In this document: positions 1-11,300 of the stretch, in pieces
How positions within the stretch are numbered: the first letter of the stretch is position 1
Layout of the letters: the number at the start of each line of letters is the position of its first letter
NCBI RefSeq assembly: GCF_001194135.2
Contig: NC_068987.1
Span: forward strand, 50,375,762 to 50,412,174
Length of the DNA: 36,413 nucleotides
DNA from: Octopus bimaculoides
Lineage: Eukaryota
Reading direction: 5' to 3'
Made by a program: the position numbers and the translations under genes
Notes under the pieces: model-generated
The model's input: the letters and a program-made list of their open reading frames with translations, nothing else
The model's database searches: none
Told to the model about the DNA's origin: nothing

Positions 1-208
1 TATATATATAGTTTTTAGATTTGGTTTGCAAAATTCTTTATGTGAGTTCGTGTGTTGAAGCATATTCTGTTGTGTCTGGGGAGAGTCATTTTCTTGTTGT
101 GCCTTAAAATTTAACACACTCACCAGTAAAATTTTCACTTATTCCTTATTTTTATTTTCCTAAAATTTTCGTTGAGTCTTGCAACCTTTTCAATAGTCTT
201 GACTCTGT

Positions 209-752
209 ACGTTATTTACACAGCGTTCCTTTTTGTTTGCCTGTGCATATGTGTGTGGGTCAGTATATATGTGTGTGTGTGTGTGTGTGCCTATGCATGT
301 ATGTATGAAGGTATGTATGTATGTATGTATATATGTGTGTGTATGCATATGTATATATGTATGTGTGTGCATCTGTATGTATGTATTCTGCATATTCATG
401 TGCTTGCATGTCCGTGTTTGTGCATTTTTTATGTATGTGTGTGTGTGAACGTGTGTTTGTATATGTCTCCTTGTGTGTGCATGTCTGTGTGTGTTTTATA
501 ACTATGTACCATGTTTGTATGTATGGATATGCATCTCCATATGTGTGGACACGTGTCTCCATATGTGTCCTTGTGCGAAGTAAAGTGTGTGTATATATAT
601 GCTTATGTGTTTCAGTCCCCATTTGCGTATGTGTGCTTGTCTGTTCATATAACCTATGTACCTATCCGTCTGTATGTTGATCTGTTTACTTTCATATCCA
701 TATGCTTACATACATGTGCATATACACATATATATCCACACACACATACATA
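209..752. repeat. Compound degenerate (TG)n/(TA)n/(TATG)n microsatellite
   Basis: Directly visible; it accounts for the Cys/Val/Tyr/His/Thr-rich spurious ORFs at 172-822. Confidence 0.95.
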
Positions 753-1320
753 CATCTTTGTGATGTTATCATGCAAATTGTCATCCATCCATCCATTCTT
801 GTGTCATTTGAGCCTTGTGTGATGGTGCAGAATCTTGTTGAAAGACATAAGGCCTTCCATTGCATACACTGTTGATCGCAACTTCATCCAGGAACGCAAT
901 ATACGCAGCAGTATCCACCCTAAGGCCTTGTGGAAAAAAGTGAGGAGGCATCAGATGTGCTTCATTGCTCACAACATCCAAACACCATGACACTTGCAGG
1001 AAATTTTATGTGCATTTATCTCGGAACCTCAGAAGGGTCTGTACATACCATCTGTCATTTCTTCTGTTTGTTTTCTGGTCCTGGACAAAGTTTTTCTCAT
1101 TTGAGAAAAAACCAAATCACACCATCTAATGGATTTTTAAGTTTGTTCAAAAGTCTTCTGGATCTGATTAAACATTTTTTTTTTGTTTTTACATGATTTG
1201 ACCTCTTCTCATCACATAAGATTTACATCTGATATCTTCATGCACAATATTTCTGATTGTTTTTTCTGACACACGAAATTTTTTGGCCATTGACGTCATT
1301 GATTTTCCTGGATTGTCTTC
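752..1320 (-). mobile_element. Tc1/mariner-superfamily transposase remnant (maT/DD37D-like), frameshifted and 3'-truncated
   Basis: Minus-strand frames give EDNPGKSMTSMAKKFRVSEKTIRNIVHEDI (HTH), IWFFSNEKNF.QDQKTNRRNDRW (first catalytic D as FSDEK>FSNEK) and VSNEAHLMPPHFFPQGLRV...GRPYVFQQDSAPSHKAQMTQEWM. The third catalytic residue region is absent, so the clade is inferred from motif style only. Confidence 0.85.
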
Positions 1321-1640
1321 CAGAAAAATAGATATTCTGAATGAAATTTTCTATAAATACGCTTCAAACGGTGTAGATCCCGATTATATGGGAATTTGAT
1401 ATGAAAAGAAAAATAGTGAGTATGCACACATACATACTGACAATTACATACTGACAATTACATACTGACAATTACATACTGACAATTTCAACATTGCAAG
1501 TTTCATTTTGTGGATATATATATATGATGTAAATTTTTGTGGTTTTATTTCGTTATTAAATTCAAGTATAATCGCAATCTACTCACTCTGAAAGGCATTT
1601 GTAGAAAATTTCATTAAAAAATACTAATTTTCCGAAAGTC
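1315..1640. mobile_element. MITE/foldback-like element with ~87-bp imperfect inverted arms
   Basis: 1315-1401 aligns to the reverse complement of 1554-1640 at 64/87 ungapped matches (hand count). Confidence 0.6.
1431..1486. repeat. 14-bp tandem repeat (TACATACTGACAAT)x4
   Basis: Four perfect copies starting at 1431, 1445, 1459 and 1473. Confidence 0.95.
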
Positions 1641-1835
1641 ATGAGGAAACAAAGCCGAGTCGTGTGAATTTTCCGAAACTCCTCTCCTCAATTACAGAAT
1701 TTTTGTCTACGTTTTGTTTGCGGCGTCCTGTGTCCAGGTGTGCATCTGTGTGTGCAGGTGGATGTGGGTGTGTGCGTGTGTGTGCATGTGCTCATTTATT
1801 GTTTGTATTATATATATATATATATATATATATAT

Positions 1836-2594
1836 NNNNNNNNNNNNNNNNNNNNNNNNNNNNNNNNNNNNNNNNNNNNNNNNNNNNNNNNNNNNNNNNN
1901 NNNNNNNNNNNNNNNNNNNNNNNNNNNNNNNNNNNNNNNNNNNNNNNNNNNNNNNNNNNNNNNNNNNNNNNNNNNNNNNNNNNNNNNNNNNNNNNNNNNN
2001 NNNNNNNNNNNNNNNNNNNNNNNNNNNNNNNNNNNNNNNNNNNNNNNNNNNNNNNNNNNNNNNNNNNNNNNNNNNNNNNNNNNNNNNNNNNNNNNNNNNN
2101 NNNNNNNNNNNNNNNNNNNNNNNNNNNNNNNNNNNNNNNNNNNNNNNNNNNNNNNNNNNNNNNNNNNNNNNNNNNNNNNNNNNNNNNNNNNNNNNNNNNN
2201 NNNNNNNNNNNNNNNNNNNNNNNNNNNNNNNNNNNNNNNNNNNNNNNNNNNNNNNNNNNNNNNNNNNNNNNNNNNNNNNNNNNNNNNNNNNNNNNNNNNN
2301 NNNNNNNNNNNNNNNNNNNNNNNNNNNNNNNNNNNNNNNNNNNNNNNNNNNNNNNNNNNNNNNNNNNNNNNNNNNNNNNNNNNNNNNNNNNNNNNNNNNN
2401 NNNNNNNNNNNNNNNNNNNNNNNNNNNNNNNNNNNNNNNNNNNNNNNNNNNNNNNNNNNNNNNNNNNNNNNNNNNNNNNNNNNNNNNNNNNNNNNNNNNN
2501 NNNNNNNNNNNNNNNNNNNNNNNNNNNNNNNNNNNNNNNNNNNNNNNNNNNNNNNNNNNNNNNNNNNNNNNNNNNNNNNNNNNNNNNNNNNNNN
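1836..2594. other. Assembly gap flanked by (TA)n
   Basis: N run with (TA)n on both sides. Confidence 0.97.
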
Positions 2595-2644
<50 letters not shown>

Positions 2645-2721
2645 ATTATTATTATTATTATTACAATACAATTATATTATTTTCCAACAAAAATTGGCAC
2701 CTTGCTGTGCCACTATTTCCT

Positions 2722-2761
<40 letters not shown>

Positions 2762-3104
2762 CTATAATTTTTAGGAAATTAAATGTTATGGCCGGCCATA
2801 GAGTGACCATTGGTTTCGCACCTATAAAGCAGTTAGCAATGTAGGCGACTGTCAGATTCAACCGCGCCCCCGTTTAAGCAACGTTAACCACAAGGTTTAG
2901 GATACGAAAAGGCGCAACATTACGTCCCTGGCCTGCCACATATAGCGCTTAAAAGAGGGAGGAACTCCATACATAATTAAATGGAAGCAACATATCTAAA
3001 TGAAAGCAACTTGTAGTAAAATGTAGATTCGGTTTCGAATTCTGGCTTAGAAAATAGGAAGCTATTCGTTACACATACACACACGCGGGCGTGCGTTTCT
3101 ACTT

Positions 3105-3230
3105 CAGTTTTGAGGAGAGGGAGTTAGTCGATTAGGCCGTTCTCCAATTCTTGAGTGGTACTTTATTTTCCCGACCTCAAGAGGATGAAAGACAAATTTG
3201 ATCTCAGTTGGCTCAACTTTGGCTTTCATC
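3105..3230 (-). mobile_element. tRNA-type SINE family A, degenerate fragment
   Basis: Reverse complement resembles the core of the 5217-5414 copy (CTTTCATCCT..GGTCG..AAATAAAGTACCA). Confidence 0.6.
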
Positions 3231-3699
3231 CACTCGGTGTTCAAGAAAAAAAGGTACCAGTCAAACATTTAATATATTCTTCCAATTTTAAGACGGTAAA
3301 GGGACATTTGAGCGAACTTTGAGTGTTATTTTGAGCAGATCGAATGACTGTATAGAGATTTCTTCGTTGGCTCGTTTGGCAATGCATGGTATTGTTGTTT
3401 AATTCCAGATCAGCTTTAATCAAACAAAGTTTATGGCCAAAGTCGTTCTAACCAAAGCCATTCCATCAAGTATCGGGCTACATTATCAAATGCAGTATTT
3501 CTCGACTGGGGTGGTAGTGCTTCTGTGTTAGGTACTGTGAACATTGATGGATGGTAAAGATCAAGTGGGTGCTGGAATCTTATTTGAAAACTGAATACAT
3601 TTCATCACTATCACTACCGAATTTTAATGGTGTGATGTTCGATAACAGCGTATCACTTTTACCTTGTCAAACTGTGCTTGGTGTCACTTTGTTATTAGC

Positions 3700-3816
3700 G
3701 GAAAATTTAAATAGGGGCAAGCTTGTTTGTTATTATTTATATTTTGGAGAGTAATTGCTTTGTCCTTACATGTTTTTAATTTATATTAGCCCTTGTGGCC
3801 AATAAAACAAGAATCA
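3700..3816 (+). mobile_element. 3' end of an L1/Tx1-like LINE (poly(A) signal then ATT tail)
   Basis: AGCCCTTGTGGCCAATAAAACAAGAATC+(ATT)n resembles the Tx1 3' end at 13560-13598 (AGCCCTTAGTGGTTAATAAAGAAATC+(ATT)n). Confidence 0.5.
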
Positions 3817-3872
3817 ATTATTATTAATATTATTATTATTATTATTATTATTATTAGTAGTAGTAGTAGTAG
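3817..3872. repeat. (ATT)n(AGT)n microsatellite
   Basis: Directly visible. Confidence 0.95.
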
Positions 3873-5090
3873 AATTTGTATTTTTATTTTTATCACAGGT
3901 TTTGTTGTAACTCCTGGAGTCTTGCATTCGTAGCGGACTTGTTGCCTACAGCCTGCGGTACCATGCTATCTGTTCTTTTCAACTATCTAATACTTTCCTG
4001 ATTATTCAGGCCTTGCCAAGGAGGCAAAGCTTTTGTAACAATTGTACTGGGCACCCTATACCGATTTGCTTTATATTCCTCTTGATGCCCTCTGATAGTG
4101 TCCCTAAGGAACCAACAATAATTGGCACTATCTTAACCCTCCTCATTTTCTATAACCGGGCTGTTTCGTACTTAAGAGGATTGTATATATCTGTAACGGT
4201 TAGTTCTTCGTTGCAGTCGAGGGTCACCAATTGTAACGGTTGTTGTTAAGATGTTGGCTGCCAGTATGCAAGATGGAAAAAAAAAACAGTGATAGAAGTT
4301 GTAAAGAAATATTTATTTACCGTTACTTTGTATATATCCAAAACCACGACGGGTTGGTATGCATAATTAGTAAATGGAAAAGCATGCGAGATAAAAAGAG
4401 CTAATTTCGGCCGGTATGTGTGTAAACGATCTCATAGTAGTATATAGAGAGAAAAGAAAGTGAGTTAGTGAAAGTGAGAATGGTGGGACGAAACAACTGC
4501 TTCGTTGGTGAGTTACCATAGTCGTCCCTTTGTGCCTTTTCCTTTAGAGACGGCGTTTTGTTCAGCCGGTCAGCCAAACACGGTTCTCACCAACTAACTT
4601 TTGCTTGGGAATCTTCTGTATATATAATTATCGCCAGATCGCGAGAAAGAGAGACATACCATTATCCAAGCAATGGGTATTTTGGGAGGTCTATTGTTCT
4701 GTCAATTTAACTCTCCACTGCATACAAAAAGTTAGCAGGGGTCAAGTGGCAAAGACATTATTCTGCTTAGCGAAGGCATCTGGCAAATGTGACTGCTGTC
4801 AGCTTAATGTTTCTTTATGGGAAAAGTCCGTTGTACTGTTAAGTGAAATTTGAGGATCGAATCCATGCTATGCCTGTATGAAGCCGCTACATATCTATTT
4901 TTTCACCCTCCTTCTTGACTATTTGTCATGAGGGGCATCTTACCCACTACTACGGTTTGTTAAGCTCTAGCACCTGATCTATTTGGGAAATCCCAGAGGA
5001 TTTTGCTAGTCTCCGACTCCACCACTCTCTGCGGTTTGTGCTCATACCACGCCTTGCCTCTCTCTACTCCCCACTTACACTAGTTAACTA
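3873..5090 (-). mobile_element. R4/Dong-clade non-LTR retrotransposon, 5'-truncated REL-endonuclease end plus 3' UTR, split by a solo LTR
   Basis: Minus strand: CKWGVERGKAWYEHKPQRVVESETSKILWDF...DQVLELNKP...VKKEGEKID (5080-4892), resuming IYNPLKYETARL*KMRRVKIVPIIVGSLGTL...LQKLCLLGKA*IIRKVLDS* (4191-~3985). The 3' end abuts (CTA)n(TAA)n. Confidence 0.85.
4192..4891 (-). mobile_element. Solo LTR (700 bp), probably Ty3/Gypsy-type
   Basis: Ends TGTAACGG...CCGCTACA (TG..CA, 7/8 inverted). 4-bp TSD TATC at 4188-4191 and 4892-4895. Removing the insert restores the host frame EKIDIYNPLKYE. The strand is inferred from a minus-strand TATA-like motif and AATAAA near 4310-4340. Confidence 0.85.
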
Positions 5091-5216
5091 TTGCTTCTCT
5101 ACCAACACTGACCTGCAACATATATTTTGAAGTCAACTGCTACTCACTAATACATTAAGCTCTACAAGGCGGCGTAATGGGATATGAGACCCACTGAAGA
5201 AAGAATTTTGTCAAAT

Positions 5217-5414
5217 ACGAGCTGGCAGAACGGGCGAAATGCTTAGCAGTATTTCGTCTGTCTTTACGTTCTGAGATCAAATTCCGCCGAGGTCGACTTT
5301 CCTTTTCATCCTTTCGGAGTCGATAAATTAAATACTAGTTGCGTACTGGGGTCGATCTAATCGACTGGGCCTTCCCCCAAAATTTCGGGCCTTGTGCCTA
5401 GAGTAGAAAAGAAT
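5217..5414 (+). mobile_element. tRNA-type SINE family A
   Basis: GAGCTGGCAGAA head, B-box-like GAGATCAAATTCC, core CCGCCGAGGTCGACTTT..TTTCATCCTTTCGG, and 3' GGCCTTGTGCCTAGAGTAGAAAAGAATA. The same core recurs many times in the window. Confidence 0.85.
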
Positions 5415-6189
5415 ACCTGTATACATAATACCTGCAAGCTTCCAAGATTTTGTATCTGGACATGTGCGGCAATTCACCAAACGGACTGGTTCATTACTGT
5501 TGAATTATGTACGAATCAATCCCAACGATGCAAAAAAGTTAATTATAATTTCAATGTTCATCGTTTTAATATCACATCCAACATAATTCCTTTCTATCAG
5601 ATTAACCTTCAATTTCAAAGAAAAATATTCTCCCAGTCAAATTTCATTGCCGTATTTAGTTGAATACTACAGAACTATATCACTTCTATTTTATTTTACT
5701 GATATTGGCTGACTTCAGTAGTTTGTGTCTCTGGATAACAAAACGAAACATCACCTCAATTCCGACTTAATCACTGAATGTTGTCATAACTATTATCTCA
5801 ATATACGTTAACTATTTCTACGGTTTCTACAAATAGATTATAGTTCTTGCATGAATATAAACCTCTACTTCGTAAATCAGTAAGGTTGAGGAGGGAAGTA
5901 TTGCCAACAAACTTATTGAAACGTGGATGAGCGATGAGCTTGGTTCGAGCGAAAGAGCCTGTTCTGAGCATGTACCTGTAAACTGGAGGAGGACAACTGG
6001 GTGAAGGTACTTGCTTTATTGGTCAGTCCGATCTTGGTTTTGTCGTGCTTCCACGAATAGAACTCGGAGTCTCCCTGTTTCGGGGAATTATTCATTGTTT
6101 AGAATTTATTGTTTTTTTATTACTGTTATTCTATTTTTTACTCGTTCTTTTATAGAGCACCTCGCTACATCGTTCAGTATCGCCTCAGT

Positions 6190-6357
6190 GTTATCGTCAA
6201 AATGTTTAGCGGTATTTCTTCCGACTTATGACGTTCCGAGTTCAAATTCCGCTGACGTCGACTTTGCCTTTCATCCTTTCGGAGTTCAGTACTGGCGTCG
6301 ATGTAATCGACTATCTCCCTTCCCTAAATTTCAGGCCTTGTGCCTATAGTAGAGAGG
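6190..6357 (+). mobile_element. tRNA-type SINE family A with expanded (ATT)22 tail (6358-6423)
   Basis: Same core as 5217-5414; ends AGGCCTTGTGCCTATAGTAGAGAGG(ATT)n. Confidence 0.85.
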
Positions 6358-6423
<66 letters not shown>

Positions 6424-6973
6424 GAGTGAGAGAGCAGCGCATACCATCAAAGTGACACTGGGGTAAAATATACGAAGACCAATATACCCATCATGACTAC
6501 CCGTCTGATAAGAATACACCAGGCACATGCATCACAGCCATATGTGCGCGACATGGTGATCTCATATCAAGATAAACAGCGCATGACCTCGCGGGTGGGG
6601 CTCAGTTAGAATTTTCATCAGGTCGAGTAGCCCATCCCGTTCAAAAGGTCCCTGAATAAGGTCTGTTTAAGGATGTTGAGCAAAACACCCATGTTTCCAA
6701 AGGTGAATTATTCAAACCCCAAAGAATTCCTCTCAACAGATGGCTATGATGCTCCCCCACTACTTCTGCTCATGATCAGAGATGCACATATCGTCAGCCA
6801 CCAAGGGACATGCTCAACTGGTTAAGGTCAAACAACTGACAAGAAAATCTGTGGTATTGAGCAGAATATTTGCTGTAGCACATCTTTTTATACCAAGACA
6901 AAACAATGTACATGATAACACTTCCAATCAATTAAGATCAGAAGCCATGAGAGCCACTGCCTGGTACTGCATC
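6424..6973 (-). mobile_element. ~550-bp TAA-associated non-coding retroposon-like element, copy 1
   Basis: Colinear with the copies at 7192, 7786 and 13600. Runs GAGTGAGAGAGCAG...CTGGTACTGCATC, then a 10-N gap. No credible ORF. Strand inferred from the invariant end abutting (TAA)n. Confidence 0.8.
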
Positions 6974-6983
6974 NNNNNNNNNN

Positions 6984-7118
6984 CCTGGTGTTTTTGTTAT
7001 GTATTTGTCTGAATATTTTTTTTATTATACCTAAGGCACCTACTATGATAGGAATTGTTTCTGTTTTTAGATTCCACATTCGAGTTACCTCTATTTCCAG
7101 GTCTTTGTATTTTGAAAG

Positions 7119-7120
<2 letters not shown>
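6984..7120 (-). mobile_element. R4/Dong-clade LINE, short C-terminal REL fragment joined to (TAA)n
   Basis: Minus strand KLSKYKDLEIEVTRMWNLKTETIPIIVGALGIIKK (small frameshift at the A-run), immediately downstream of a (TAA)n tract. Confidence 0.85.
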
Positions 7121-7191
<71 letters not shown>

Positions 7192-7733
7192 GAGTGAGAA
7201 AGCAGAGCCTGCTATCAAAGTGACACTAGGGTACAATTATACGAAGCCCAGTATACTCATCATGACTATCCGTCTGATAAGGGTACACCAGGTATATGCA
7301 TCACAGCCATATGTGCGCGACATGGTAATCTTATATCAAGATAAACAGCACATGACCTTGCAGGTGGGGCCCAGTTAGAATTTTCTTCAGGTCGAGTAGC
7401 CCATCCCACTCAAAAGCTCCCTGAATAAGGTCTGTGTAAGGATGATGAACGAAACACTCATGTTTCCAAAGGTGAATTATTCAAACTCCAAAGAATTCGT
7501 CTCTACTCATGGCTATGATGCTCCCCAACAACCTCTGCTCGTGATCAGAGGTGCACATATAGTCAAACGCTAAGGGACATACTCAACTGGTTAAGGTCAA
7601 ACAACTGACAAGCAAATCTGTGGTATTGAGCAGAATATTTACTGTAGCGCGGTACAAAACAATGTACATGATAGCACTTCCAATCAGTTTAGAGCAGAAA
7701 CCATGAGAGTCACTGCCTGGTATTGCATCAGGG

Positions 7734-7734
<1 letters not shown>
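7192..7734 (-). mobile_element. ~550-bp TAA-associated element, copy 2 (both ends present)
   Basis: Flanked on both sides by (ATT)n; ends ...TATTGCATCAGGGC|ATTATT; short internal deletion near 7648. Confidence 0.85.
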
Positions 7735-7785
<51 letters not shown>

Positions 7786-8313
7786 GAGTGAGTGAGAGAG
7801 CAGCGCATGCCATCAATGTGACACTGGGATAAAATATACGAAGCCCAGTATACCCATTATGACTACCCGTCTGATACGGGTACACCAGGCACATGTATCA
7901 CAACAATATGTGCGTGACATGGTGATCGCATATGAAGATAAACAGCGCATGACCTTACAGGTGGGGGGCCCAGTTAGAACTTTCTTCAGGTCGAGTAGCC
8001 CATCCTGCTCAAAAGGTCCCTGAATAAGGTTTGTTTAAGGATGATGAACGAAACACCCATGTTTCCAAAGGTGAATTATTCAAGCCCCCCAAAATTCCTC
8101 TCAACACATGGGCTATGATGCACTCCCACTACTTCTGATCATGATCAGAGATGCGCATATCATCAGCCACTAAGGAACACACTCAGCTGGTTAAGGTCAA
8201 ACAACTGACAAGCAAATCTGTAGTATTGAGTAGAATATTTGCTGTAGCCTATCTTTTATACCAAGACAAAACAATGTGCCTAATAACACTTCCAATCAGT
8301 TAAGATCAAAAAC

Positions 8314-8314
<1 letters not shown>
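7786..8314 (-). mobile_element. ~550-bp TAA-associated element, copy 3 (about 30 bp truncated at its putative 5' end)
   Basis: Colinear with copies 1, 2 and 4; stops at GATCAAAAACC|ATTATT. Confidence 0.85.
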
Positions 8315-8371
<57 letters not shown>

Positions 8372-8392
8372 GTTGTTGTTGTTGTTGTTGTT

Positions 8393-11300
8393 TGTATCTG
8401 GGGAGAGAGAGGACGCTTGTTCGTAGCTCGAGAGTTTTCTTTAAAATTTGTTGTTTTATTAGTTAATTGGTATTCCAANNNNNNNNNNNNNNNNNNNNNN
8501 NNNNNNNNNNNNNNNNNNNNNNNNNNNNNNNNNNNNNNNNNNNNNNNNNNNNNNNNNNNNNNNNNNNNNNNNNNNNNNNNNNNNNNNNNNNNNNNNNNNN
8601 NNNNNNNNNNNNNNNNNNNNNNNNNNNNNNNNNNNNNNNNNNNNNNNNNNNNNNNNNNNNNNNNNNNNNNNNNNNNNNNNNNNNNNNNNNNNNNNNNNNN
8701 NNNNNNNNNNNNNNNNNNNNNNNNNNNNNNNNNNNNNNNNNNNNNNNNNNNNNNNNNNNNNNNNNNNNNNNNNNNNNNNNNNNNNNNNNNNNNNNNNNNN
8801 NNNNNNNNNNNNNNNNNNNNNNNNNNNNNNNNNNNNNNNNNNNNNNNNNNNNNNNNNNNNNNNNNNNNNNNNNNNNNNNNNNNNNNNNNNNNNNNNNNNN
8901 NNNNNNNNNNNNNNNNNNNNNNNNNNNNNNNNNNNNNNNNNNNNNNNNNNNNNNNNNNNNNNNNNNNNNNNNNNNNNNAATGACGCGAGCACGACCTCCA
9001 CCACTATCCCCAACACCAACAAAACCACCACCGTCACCGCCACCACCACTACCACAAACCTTAATAAAACGACAACATCGGCTGTTCTTTTTTTAAAGCA
9101 GATTAGAAACAGTTTAGTACAAGACTATCGGAAAATGGAAAAAAAGTAGAGTTGACAGAAAAAATATTGAGTGACGCTAAGATGGACTTAACAAAGAATG
9201 ACCGAACAGTCTTCTTTAACACACCAGACGAAGTGCAAGGACACATTAAGAAAAATAAAATACCTTATAAATGAATGTATTGCAATGAATACGAGAAAAC
9301 TTGAGCAACGCAGGCCAGATAGAAAAACGCCTGAAACTGGTCTGTGGTTTAACAACTTATATCGCCCTTGGGAGACGCTTTGGCACAATTGATGTAAGAT
9401 TCTCAACTGAAGAATTGGCTATAGAAAATGCAACGATAACCATCAAAAGTTAGGAATTTGGCTAATTCCGATTTATCTCGATCAGAGGGTCGTCATAATG
9501 AAGATAACGGAGATTCCACCAGATGTGAACATCCCTTTGCTGGTAGCAGCCGTATTATACGGCATAGAGAACAAACAAAAATTCTGCAAGTCTACAGAAT
9601 GGGAAAGGAAAATTGGTCAGGCACAAGTATGGAATTGATGTTATAGGTTGATCGGAACAGTATCGAAGCTATCCCTGACTTGATCAACCTCCATAATGGC
9701 GCATTGTTATTTGTAGCAGTAGAAGGTAGAAAACCGTGATACCACATTTGTGGCGAAACAAACCGTTCAAAGGCTTTCTATCCCAAGCAAAGAAAAGAAA
9801 AAAAACACCGCTGCTGCAGACACCTCGAACAACAACAAAAATAACAGTAACAACACCAATAGCATCAGTGCCAAAATCAGCAGCATCCAAAACAAAAACA
9901 GCATCACCAGAAAGCACAGCAAGAGAGACCCATTCAGCAACATCAGCAGCAAGCCCTAGTACCACAACCGAGAAAACAATAGCAACATCTACACCAATTC
10001 AGCCGAGTGAAACCTTACATACACCAGTCGACCAAACAACCAGCTTAGAAACGCGCGACTGTGCAGACATACCTCTCCCACTTGACACAGATTTTTTCCG
10101 ACGTGAAATCTCGTCTAGTGAGGAAAACAGTCTTGGAAACTCATCAGAATGGATCCTGGTGAAAGGAAAAAGGGGAAAAAATTATAAATGAAAAGCGTGA
10201 TACAAAACTAAAAAGCAAAGTGATCAGAGGAGAAGACACAAATTAATAAACCATCACACACACACACACACTACACCAATGCAATTACAAACTTCTCCAA
10301 CACTGCAAACACCATCATTACAAACACCTCAGTAAACGTAAACACATAGCAATCCAGACCAACATGAACAGCACTCCCCAAGGCATCACTAATTAAACGA
10401 CCGTAGACACAAACAACAAGAACTTAAAACATATTAAAGAATACACACATTACTTTGAATGATACATCGCATTCCCGCATAACATACCTATTCACATAAA
10501 AATTATAAAAAACAACGCAATAAACAATAAACTGAAAGCAAAATATCCCAAAGAAATGGACCATAAATAAAATGCTTTGTGGAGACACTCACAAATAGCC
10601 AGAAGGAAAGAATATGTTTCTCCACAGAAATAGGTAACAAACATGGCCTTGCTAAGAACAGGCAGTATAAATGCATGTGACATGGAGTCAACTTGGAAAC
10701 AGGGCCACCTACTCGATGACCACAGGTCACTAAGTTTAGATGCAGTGACTATCAGTGAAATCAGACTCTCCAACCGACAAGCTTCCATACCTATTTTCGG
10801 TGGGTACGAGATTTTCTTATCTCCATGTCAACCGGGAATGCTGGGTGTAACTGCGGTATCGTTCCGGAAAGGTCTGGATCTCAAGATAAGGACTATCTTC
10901 CTGGACCCTGAATTTAAGTTGGTGGTCCTGAATGTGAACAACAGCGACGGTGGTACCTTCAGACTGGTGGGTGTTTATGCTTCGACAAGGGCAGGACAAC
11001 CAGATTTCTTCAGACGTCTGGAGGCTTTCCTGGGAATGTCTCGACCTTTAGTGCTAATGAGTGACTAGAATACCATGTTGAACGCACGCTTAAATTGTGT
11101 GGGGTTTACCGTTAGAAGAGCGGAGTGCAAAAGCCTCGCAAACCGACTGGATTTACCGAATGCACCACTGTGGACATCGACGAACCGCATCGGGTCATCT
11201 AAGTCGTATCTAGATAGACTATTCTGTAGGCTAGTAGATAAAGGTAGTATAAGTTGCCCACTTTTTAAAGTCGTCGCCTATACAGATCACAAATTTGTGG

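Noticed and set aside
11-200. Sequence that looks like a common interspersed repeat end
   Set aside because: No second copy in the window and no recognisable protein motif, so it cannot be assigned from this sequence alone.
172-822. Overlapping ORFs of 69-120 aa
   Set aside because: They are translations of (TG)n/(TA)n microsatellite with low-complexity C/V/Y/H/T content.
1664-2844. Long ORFs spanning N runs (also at 8276-9096, 30641-31114, 31726-32343, 32783-33692)
   Set aside because: Their length comes from X residues in assembly gaps.
5880-6100. CpG-richer stretch with short ORFs on both strands (e.g. MNNSPKQGDSEFYSWKHDK)
   Set aside because: No recognisable domain and no convincing acceptor/donor pair.
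7690-7734. Possible HDV-like or hammerhead ribozyme at the 5' end of the 550-bp element
   Set aside because: By eye I could form only a partial P3/L3-like stem (GGC-TCTCATG-GCT), with no convincing P1/P2 and no CUGANGA/GAAA pair. It is left as a test, not a claim.
6424-8314. CRISPR-like or satellite interpretation of the regularly spaced repeats
   Set aside because: Units are ~550 bp with microsatellite spacers in a eukaryotic context, and a dispersed fourth copy exists.
9736-10191. 151-aa Thr/Ser-rich ORF resembling a mucin-like host protein
   Set aside because: It lies inside Tx1 ORF1, directly after the decayed zinc knuckle.
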